DNA of 64,000 bases, taken from a virus (Duplodnaviria > Caudoviricetes). This document shows positions 31,798 to 39,230 of the stretch, in pieces. The position numbers and the translations under genes were made by a program. Position 1 is the first letter of the stretch. Each line of letters begins with the position of its first letter. The notes beneath the pieces are model-generated. The model was not told the origin of the DNA and searched no databases. It saw only the letters and a program-made list of their open reading frames with translations. The stretch is taken from positions 26,330 through 90,329 of the IMG/VR virus record IMGVR_UViG_3300017780_003084, one strand, 5' to 3'.

Positions 31798-32598
31798 TTA
31801 ATCTTTTGAGTAAGCAGAGATGACGCTCTGCACTACAGGATGTCTCTTACATTCTTGGTCTGTGAAAGAATGAAATCCTACGTGTGGGTATTTAGCACTT
31901 AAAAATCCTTCAGGGTCTTCTACAAAGAATCTGTTGATAGCATCTGCAAGACCATTGCGCTTACCATTACCTTGCAGAATCTGATTACTATCCCCTGCCA
32001 CCACCACAGTTGTCCCATCACCGATACGTTCTAATAGCAGCTTCAGAACTTGAGGGGATAATTGTTGTGCTTCGTCAATCAGTACAAGTTTGTCAGTCCA
32101 CGTAGCACCTAGTTGGAAGTTAGGGATTGTGAAATGAATTCGTGTGTCTCTGTCTGCATCTACAACACCCGCACCTAAGAATTTCTCAAGGATTTGTTTT
32201 GCAGGGAGGAAATGCACTTCAGTTTTTTGTGTCAAGTCCCCTTGCAAGAATCCAATGGTGTCTTCATTGAATTCTACTGGAGTGCGAATCACCATAATCT
32301 CTTTGTACCGATCTGCAAGGTATTCTTTGCAGAAGTGCCACAACACAGATGAGCTTTTGCCTGTACCTGCTGCAGCGTCTACGAATGTTAGTGTATTGCC
32401 AATTATTGTATTAATACACTCTTTCTGAGATTTGGTTGGAACGAAGTCATTAATTCTACCCATCTTATCTTCTTGCAACTTTGCATTCATTACAAAAGAT
32501 TGTCCACCAGTTCTGCTAATTTTTGTACTCTTGGTTATTGAACGAGCCATCGAGATTATCTCCCAGATTAAAGTTAAACTACCAAGCACTTGATACAT
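31798..32598 (-). CDS. phoH: PhoH-like ATPase
   Basis: AGTGKS, IGFLQGDL...K, LIDEAQQ, LLERIG, VAGDSNQ, RHPVV. Confidence 0.88.
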   Translation of the reverse strand: MYQVLGSLTLIWEIISMARSITKSTKISRTGGQSFVMNAKLQEDKMGRINDFVPTKSQKECINTIIGNTLTFVDAAAGTGKSSSVLWHFCKEYLADRYKEIMVIRTPVEFNEDTIGFLQGDLTQKTEVHFLPAKQILEKFLGAGVVDADRDTRIHFTIPNFQLGATWTDKLVLIDEAQQLSPQVLKLLLERIGDGTTVVVAGDSNQILQGNGKRNGLADAINRFFVEDPEGFLSAKYPHVGFHSFTDQECKRHPVVQSVISAYSKD

Positions 32599-32620
32599 GC
32601 TTGGCTTATACTACAAAATA

Positions 32621-33291
32621 CTACTGATTAAAATTACTTAACACTTGCTTCTCTAACAACTTCTCAATTGTCGTGCCAGATTCAATCGCTAATTGTGTAA
32701 ATGCCTTATACACATCCTTCGGAATTCGCACAGTAACAGGGAATAATGTTTCAGGTTGATTAACATGAACACCACTGCCAATCAAGTTGAAGTTCTCTGC
32801 AAACACTGTGTAGTTATCTGCTTTTGTGCGGATTGTATCGCCTGTAATTGGATTGAAGTCTGTCCTACTCTTACCAAAATTTCCACTATTCGTTGTCACT
32901 AAACATCCCTCCTTCTGAATTTACTCTACCATTTTCAATCTTTAAGACAAGATTTCCATCTTCATCTGTCCATTCTACTAACATGCCACCTTGTTTGCAT
33001 GACTCTAACACATCATACAGGTCAGCTTCTAGTAATTGTTTATTTTTCTTGCCCATTTGGTTTACGTCCACGAGGTTTTGGAGCTTCTGTTAGCTCTTCT
33101 TGTTGTTCTTGTATAGCACCACGAATTACTATAGCGTTATATTGCTGGTCAATCCAAGGATACTCTGAAGCTTCCTCTGAGATGATAAAGCCTTCTTTAA
33201 ATTTAGCTTGTAGTTCTAATGCAAATTGTCCTACAGAGCTTTCACGGATTGTGATTTTTTCCAAGTTAATTCCTTTCATTTTATTATTCAA
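32621..33291 (-). other. Three hypothetical ORFs (32621-32899, 32886-33071, 33040-33291)
   Basis: Co-oriented; 32621-32899 ends in a ribbon-helix-helix-like VTVRIPKDVY...LAIESG motif. Confidence 0.6.
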
Positions 33292-33516
33292 AATCTTCTG
33301 TAAACAGTAAATGCTCTACGAAGTCGTTTACATCGAGATATTCCAGTTCTACATATTCTTCCATTTAGTTCTCCTTGTTATGAAATTTAAAACATTCCTT
33401 CAGAAATTAAACTATAACACCTAAAGCCATGAAATGCAAGTATTTCTTTTCAACAACTTTAAATGGTTACTTGCCCTACTTATTGTTAGGTACTGTAATA
33501 ACTTATGGTTGTTATA

Positions 33517-33545
33517 TTGACAAATGACTCTAGATGTGTTATAAT
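33517..33545 (+). promoter_or_regulatory. sigma70-type promoter
   Basis: Perfect TTGACA-17 bp-TATAAT. Confidence 0.9.
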
Positions 33546-33584
33546 GCAATGGTTTATAGAGTCATTAACTAACAGAAAGAATAT

Positions 33585-33848
33585 ATGGCAAATTCGATAC
33601 CAGATTTAAATCTCACCCTTACAGATTGGGTAAATGTGTACGCGACTACAGGGATAGCTGTAGGTACAAGCATTGTCATTCAAAACAAGGCTTCAAACCC
33701 TGTGCTATTATACATTGCAGCTTCAAAACCTACAACGTCTTCTTATGATGGGTATGCCATTCGAAGTTTAGAAGCAGTTGTTGTTGATGCTGCCGAATCT
33801 GGCTGCTGGATACGTGGCAGCGGTGTAGTCAATGTTCAACAAGGATAA
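33585..33848 (+). CDS. Small beta-rich putative virion accessory protein
   Basis: First gene of the operon; all-beta composition. Confidence 0.5.
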   Translation: MANSIPDLNLTLTDWVNVYATTGIAVGTSIVIQNKASNPVLLYIAASKPTTSSYDGYAIRSLEAVVVDAAESGCWIRGSGVVNVQQG

Positions 33849-33850
33849 TC

Positions 33851-34552
33851 ATGGCAATTAGACCAATAAATAATGGTGGAAGTGGTAGTGGAGGTGGTGG
33901 AGCTGTTGCATCTCCTTACATGTATAACTTCTACAGCGATTTGATCGAACTCAATAGTGCGATGACAAGTTACGGTGTAATCACTACAGTGTCATTATCA
34001 GGTGGGACTTGTGCCACTTTAATTGAAACAGGATATGATGGACAGTTTACCTTTACATCCTCAACTACAGCTATTTCAGGTGGTTCCCTTAGAATTGCTA
34101 ACGGTAATATAACTCCGAGAGCAGGGGATATAACGCGATTATGGTTTAAAACTCCAGCGACAATGGACGCAAGCTCTGTTGTTAATTTTGGTTTTGCTGA
34201 CTCTTTCTTGACATCACCACAGAATTTTGTTGGAATGCAATTGAGTGGAACTTCTTGTAGAGGTCTAGTTATTACAGCAGGTGCGAGTACCCAAGCCAAC
34301 AATCCAATCACATTAAGTCCTTCTACTCGTTATTGTGCAGAAGTTAAGTATACTTCAGACACTCAAGCTAGTATTAAGATATATAGCAATACAGATGGTA
34401 GTGAATTAAACTCAAGTAGCTTCACTGTAACTGTTACTCGCAGAGTTCCTATTATGGTAGCAGTTAATAGTGGCACAGTTGCTAAAGACATTATTATAGC
34501 AGATGCAATTGATCTTCGATTAGTAAAACGTGGAACTAAATTACCAGAGTGA
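33851..34552 (+). CDS. Putative virion accessory protein (lectin-like beta sandwich)
   Basis: Gly-rich linker followed by a Ser/Thr-rich beta domain. Confidence 0.45.
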   Translation: MAIRPINNGGSGSGGGGAVASPYMYNFYSDLIELNSAMTSYGVITTVSLSGGTCATLIETGYDGQFTFTSSTTAISGGSLRIANGNITPRAGDITRLWFKTPATMDASSVVNFGFADSFLTSPQNFVGMQLSGTSCRGLVITAGASTQANNPITLSPSTRYCAEVKYTSDTQASIKIYSNTDGSELNSSSFTVTVTRRVPIMVAVNSGTVAKDIIIADAIDLRLVKRGTKLPE

Positions 34553-34617
34553 TTTCGAGGGAAACCTCACAACAGCAAATTTATCATACACATGGTAAAT
34601 AATTTATAAGGGAAATT

Positions 34618-35658
34618 ATGAGTAATAATGTAGTAGTTCGTAATTTAACAGCAGGGGCAACTTATGTTGATCTTCCGCCTAATGTAACCAAAGATGCTAG
34701 GATTGAGGTTACATTTCAAGACAATAAAAACGGGAATATTAAAGCAAAGCAAGATGCCAACAATCCATCTCGGTTACTTTTGAACACACCTCTACCTGCA
34801 GCTTGCTCTGTTGTTGTTGAGATAGAGCAAGATGAGTCTTTTAGCCCTTCTTATACAACTAAGGTTGCAGACTATGATGCTTCTCGTGGTTATGTGCGAG
34901 GGGCTTTAGTTTTCAACAAAGGTCGTGTCTATCGAGCATGTAACGACATTCCATTAGGTGTTGTTTTCAAAACATCGAATGTACCAAACGCAACAGGTCA
35001 GGTTTGGTACAATACAGCAGGTGACACTGGGACTGTTATTGAGTCTATTCTCAATCTTACAGTAAATGACGGATATTGGCAACTAGACGGTACAACAATT
35101 AACGCTCCTTGGTCTGCATTGCATACTGTAGCCACTCCAGACACTCGCCAAAAAGTATTAGTTGGAGCACACTCAGGTTTAGCTTCTAATGATTACAGAA
35201 GTCCACTTCAATACTCTGGTTCTTCATCAATTCAATTAGCAGTATCTAACCTTCCAACTGGTAATTTTGGTGTCTCTATTCCTTCAGATGGTGGACATTA
35301 CCCAAGTGGTTCTGTCTCAGTAAGTCAACATAATGCTTATAGATTACAAAGTTATCGCCAATTGACAAGCAATAATAATGTAACTCCTTGGTTTCAAAAA
35401 TCGTCCGATACAACAGGTAATCCTGATGGTGCTGGTGACAATGACGGTGGTGTATGGTGGAGACAATACCACAGAGGTCGTGAGGATTATTTTGTTTATG
35501 CCGATGTTCCAGCACAAGGTCATTCTGCATCATTTAGTGGTAATTATGTGAATAATCATAGTCATTCGGGTGCTACGGTGACATTGAATGCAAACTCGGT
35601 TGCTCCTATCTCAGTAATGCAACCTCAAATGTCAATCAATCGCTACGTTCGTTTATAA
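34618..35658 (+). CDS. Tail-collar-domain fibre-like protein
   Basis: YDASRGYVRGALV carbohydrate-binding-like module, WQLDG...DTRQKVLVGA collar motif, HSH motif and terminal VMQPQMSINRYVRL. Confidence 0.6.
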   Translation: MSNNVVVRNLTAGATYVDLPPNVTKDARIEVTFQDNKNGNIKAKQDANNPSRLLLNTPLPAACSVVVEIEQDESFSPSYTTKVADYDASRGYVRGALVFNKGRVYRACNDIPLGVVFKTSNVPNATGQVWYNTAGDTGTVIESILNLTVNDGYWQLDGTTINAPWSALHTVATPDTRQKVLVGAHSGLASNDYRSPLQYSGSSSIQLAVSNLPTGNFGVSIPSDGGHYPSGSVSVSQHNAYRLQSYRQLTSNNNVTPWFQKSSDTTGNPDGAGDNDGGVWWRQYHRGREDYFVYADVPAQGHSASFSGNYVNNHSHSGATVTLNANSVAPISVMQPQMSINRYVRL

Positions 35659-35673
35659 TAATAAGGAGAAAAT

Positions 35674-37194
35674 ATGACAATTTACATTAAAGAAGTATTG
35701 GTGCGTCTTGCAAGTATTCCTTCTGCTGGCTCATACATCACGTTAGAAGTACCAGAAGGTACTGAAATTGGGGCAACTATTACCGTAATTTTTTCAGATG
35801 GTAGTGGCGGAAATCCTTCTGTAACCTCTTATACCAGAGTTGGTCAGTACATTACTGTAGAAGTCCCATCAGGGGTTGGTGAGGCAGGGTTAGTGATGCG
35901 AATCGAGCAAACATCTGATTTCCAAGATGACTCTGTAGGTATTCAGGAAGTTACAGTTGTTGCAACAAACACCCTTAATGCTGGTAATAACGCTTCTGTC
36001 TCAGCAGATAATTCTGAGAAAGGCAAGGCAAAACTCACGTTTAACATTCCTAAAGGTAATACTGGTAAATCCGCTTACGAGCTTGCTGTCACAGCAGGTT
36101 TTGTGGGAACAGAAGCTGACTATTTAGCATCTTTAAAAGGTAAAGACGGGGTTAATGGTATTAACGGAACCAATGGTGTTGATGGTAAAGACGGTGTTGT
36201 AGGCAAGTCTAACTACGAGTTGGCGGTAGATTTAGGTTTTTCTGGTACTCAAGCTGAATACTTAGCATCTTTAAAAGGTGTCAAAGGTGATAGAGGTTTT
36301 ACTGGAGATACGGGTTTGTCTGCCTACCAATTAGCTGTTAGTAATGGTTTTGTTGGAAGCGAATTAGACTACTTAGTATCTTTAAACGGTGCAAAAGGGG
36401 ATAAGGGTGATCGTGGCGCAGCAGGTGTCGATGGTAAGGATGGAGTTAGTATAGGTGGTTCTCGTTACGACGAGTTGGCTGGTGGAACATTTTGGTGGAT
36501 TCGTCCTCGCTATGTAAACAAACCAAACAATATTTATATTCCAGCAGAACAGAAGTATGTAGATGGAGCAGAATACACAACTAAGTTTGTTGTTGAAGAT
36601 ACACTGCATACAGACAATGGTGTATATATCCCTCCAACTGAACGATTGACATTATCTCATCACGGACAAGCTATTAGAGTTGTTCCAACAAATACACAAG
36701 CTTTCTCTGTAGCGTCAGTGGGACGTATCAATCATGCAGCTTGGAAGACTACATCAATGCGTACTTGTAATTTCAAAGGTGCATATTTCGTAGAGATTGA
36801 CCCTTCTGTGGTTTCTGCGCAAGGTATTACAAGCGCAAATCTTGGAGACATCGAGGTAAGTGTCTCTCCAGTTAATGCTTCGGGTTATGATGTAAAGTAT
36901 AACTCTACTACAAATATTAGTATCAGTACGGAACGAGCCAAAGGTGTTCTTACTCCTATTTATATAGGTGCAATGAAAGACCCTGACGATGGTAAGGTTT
37001 ACTTGTTATTCCGTCCAGTGACTTATGCAAAACGTAGAAATACTGCTACTGTAGAAGACGGAGCCTCTTGGGACGGTATTTCTGAGGGCGACGGTGAAGA
37101 TGGCGGTTGGTTGTTGTATGATGAAGATGTACGTTGGTGGTCTACTAATGTTGCACAAGGGTTTCATTTTGTAGCAAAATTACGTAAACGTTAA
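35674..37194 (+). CDS. Collagen-like fibre protein
   Basis: Gly-X-Y runs alternating with three copies of G(K/L)S(A/N)Y(E/Q)LAV..GF.G(T/S)...YL.SL(K/N)G. Confidence 0.75.
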   Translation: MTIYIKEVLVRLASIPSAGSYITLEVPEGTEIGATITVIFSDGSGGNPSVTSYTRVGQYITVEVPSGVGEAGLVMRIEQTSDFQDDSVGIQEVTVVATNTLNAGNNASVSADNSEKGKAKLTFNIPKGNTGKSAYELAVTAGFVGTEADYLASLKGKDGVNGINGTNGVDGKDGVVGKSNYELAVDLGFSGTQAEYLASLKGVKGDRGFTGDTGLSAYQLAVSNGFVGSELDYLVSLNGAKGDKGDRGAAGVDGKDGVSIGGSRYDELAGGTFWWIRPRYVNKPNNIYIPAEQKYVDGAEYTTKFVVEDTLHTDNGVYIPPTERLTLSHHGQAIRVVPTNTQAFSVASVGRINHAAWKTTSMRTCNFKGAYFVEIDPSVVSAQGITSANLGDIEVSVSPVNASGYDVKYNSTTNISISTERAKGVLTPIYIGAMKDPDDGKVYLLFRPVTYAKRRNTATVEDGASWDGISEGDGEDGGWLLYDEDVRWWSTNVAQGFHFVAKLRKR

Positions 37195-37207
37195 TAAGTA
37201 GGATTAT

Positions 37208-37243
37208 GCCAAGGACTAAACCTCCTTGGTATTTTTATTTTCA
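37208..37243 (+). terminator. Rho-independent terminator
   Basis: GCCAAGGA...TCCTTGGT followed by ATTTTTATTTT. Confidence 0.8.
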
Positions 37244-37251
37244 CAAGGGGC

Positions 37252-37280
37252 TTGACAATAGCGTAAGTGTGGTTTATACT
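37252..37280 (+). promoter_or_regulatory. sigma70-type promoter for the packaging operon
   Basis: TTGACA-17 bp-TATACT. Confidence 0.8.
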
Positions 37281-37310
37281 TCATATTATAAGTAAATAAG
37301 CAGGAGATGT

Positions 37311-37685
37311 ATGAGCGACGTAGATAATTCAGTAGGAGAGATAGTACGGACAGGTGTTCAGAGTAAGAAGAATCCTATTACTGTTTTCAAAAGGGCTTTG
37401 AACAAACATAGCAAAACGGCAATTGATTATTTAGCTTCTATTATGGATGACCCATCAGCTTCTAGGAAAGATCGTATGGAAGCTTCTAAAGAGTTACTAA
37501 AATTACATGCAGATATGCTGAAAGCAGAATCAACTGAGAAAGCCCGTAATAAGGAATTTGCAGCAAAACATCATGAGTTGCTTGTAGGGATACAGCGTAA
37601 TGGTGGTGTTATTGTGGATGATAATGATGAAGACGATGAAAGTCAACCACTTTTAGATTTTGAAAATATCAGTGAGATTGACTGA
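37311..37685 (+). CDS. terS: Probable terminase small subunit
   Basis: Helical, size 124 aa, acidic tail, first gene of the operon containing terL; assignment is positional. Confidence 0.55.
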   Translation: MSDVDNSVGEIVRTGVQSKKNPITVFKRALNKHSKTAIDYLASIMDDPSASRKDRMEASKELLKLHADMLKAESTEKARNKEFAAKHHELLVGIQRNGGVIVDDNDEDDESQPLLDFENISEID

Positions 37686-37689
37686 TCAT

Positions 37690-38245
37690 AAAGAATATAG
37701 CTCACTTGTAAGAAGGAAAGTGTACTTAATCGGGTTAGACTAGTTTTACTCCTCCCGAAGAACGGACTTCTCGGCAACACCCTCCGTCTTTGTACAGCGC
37801 TATTTAATAAAGTACCTTATGGGACTTGGAGCCTTTTGGAAACAAAAGCAAATATGTGGTTGCAGCCACCTTATAGGATTGAGGAGTTCCTTATAAACCT
37901 CTTTAGATTGTAAATACAACAGCTCTCCGTCATTCTCCTGCCATGCACTCCTCATGGTTCTCCTGTGACGTTGTAGAGCTGTTCTGTTTACAATTTTCGC
38001 AACGGTGTTTCGTCCCATATCTGGTAATTGGAGCCGTAAGTATCGTGGAACATTGTTGTATTCGCTATTTGCGAATAGCGAATAAGTCCACATAGTCCAC
38101 TCTAAGATTTCATGCTTGGAGATTCGTGCTATGTGGGTGAGTTTTATTATGTCAGGGTATTGGAGAGGACAACCTCACAGAATCTCTAGTGCTTCTGATA
38201 TAATGGAATTTATTAACAGTCCTTAAGGACACAGCTTGTGAGGAG
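37690..38245 (+). ncRNA. Large structured non-coding RNA candidate (~560 nt)
   Basis: Many long stems with G-U wobbles on the plus strand (e.g. 37907-37926/37975-37994, CCACATAGT/GCTATGTGG, 38145-38155/38195-38205), a GAAA tetraloop, a long-range TATGGGAC/GTCCCATA pairing, and no credible ORF. Confidence 0.7.
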
Positions 38246-38251
38246 CGAAAT

Positions 38252-39223
38252 ATGACGAAGAGAATACATACCACAAAACCGCAGATCAAAGTCGGGGATG
38301 TTTTTAAAACTAACTGCTATGGGGATGTAGAAGTTATTGAGTATCTTGGTGCAAATAAAATTAAAGTAAGATTTGAGGTTGACGGATATGAAAGATATTC
38401 TACATCTGGTAACTTGCAAAAAGGCAAGGTGAAGAATCCAAACATACCAACAATCACACACGCAAAACGATTGACAAAAACTGTCAGTATAGGTGAAATT
38501 TATAAGAACACGAATGGATTACCATTTAAAATTGTAGAATACACAGATGCAAGTAATGTTAAAGTTGAGTTTGAATCAGGCTACATGACCACATGCACTC
38601 TTCAAAGAGTTCGTGAAGGGAATATCTCTGACAACTTATCTCCTTCAAGATTTAAAGGGTATTTAGGTACATTGCAAGGTATTGAAGTTAAAAACGTGGC
38701 AAAGACTAAAGAATATGCTCACTGGTCAAGTATGTTAGCAAGGTGTTTCTGTGAAGAGTATCGCAATAAATATCCTACTTATGAAGGTACAATGGTTTGC
38801 GATGAGTGGTTAAATTTTACTGTTTTTGCTAAGTGGTGCAGAGAACAACCTGAATTTTTACTAGGTCACAAGGTTTTCCTAGACAAGGATATCCTCAACA
38901 AAGGGAATAAACTCTATAGTACAGAAACATGTACTTTTGTGCCACATGATGTAAATACTTTATTTACTAAAGCTGATGCAAGTAGAGGTAAATATCCTAT
39001 AGGAGTATCCTACTGTACAACTCGAAATGTAATAACTGCTTGCGTTCGTATTGACAAACGGACGAAGTATTTGGGACGGTTTGAAAGTGCAACTGACGCT
39101 TTCTACGCATACAAGAAGGCAAAAGAATCTTATATTAAAGAAATTGCTGATAAATTTAAGTCGGTTATTTCAAAGGAATGTTACTTAGCTATGTATAAAT
39201 ATGAGGTTGACATAACAGATTAG
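38252..39223 (+). CDS. Free-standing HNH-type homing endonuclease with C-terminal AP2-like domain
   Basis: Two N-terminal beta repeats (VGDVFKTNCYG.../IGEIYKNTNG...), WSSMLARC, VCDEWLNF, LDKDILNKGNKLYS.ETCTFVP..VN, and C-terminal PIGV...KYLGRF...AFYAYK. Confidence 0.75.
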   Translation: MTKRIHTTKPQIKVGDVFKTNCYGDVEVIEYLGANKIKVRFEVDGYERYSTSGNLQKGKVKNPNIPTITHAKRLTKTVSIGEIYKNTNGLPFKIVEYTDASNVKVEFESGYMTTCTLQRVREGNISDNLSPSRFKGYLGTLQGIEVKNVAKTKEYAHWSSMLARCFCEEYRNKYPTYEGTMVCDEWLNFTVFAKWCREQPEFLLGHKVFLDKDILNKGNKLYSTETCTFVPHDVNTLFTKADASRGKYPIGVSYCTTRNVITACVRIDKRTKYLGRFESATDAFYAYKKAKESYIKEIADKFKSVISKECYLAMYKYEVDITD

Positions 39224-39230
39224 AGGTAAA

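Noticed and set aside
37710-37730. AAGGAAAGT resembling the RNase P P4 motif
   Set aside because: The GUCC continuation and the 3' ACCCGGCUUA partner are missing.
38028-38050. GAGCCGTA resembling the start of group II intron domain V
   Set aside because: No downstream ACGGTTC complement, no domain VI, and no GTGCG 5' end.
37800-38093. 97-aa minus-strand ORF in the track
   Set aside because: Antisense to the packaging operon, no SD or promoter, and it overlaps plus-strand RNA structure whose G-U pairs only work on the plus strand.
37738-38097. GACTA (37738) and TAGTC (38093) resembling a group I intron P7 in the large RNA
   Set aside because: No interrupted gene, no room for a P4-P6 domain upstream, and TAGT is engaged in a stronger local stem; a covariance-model search should still confirm this.
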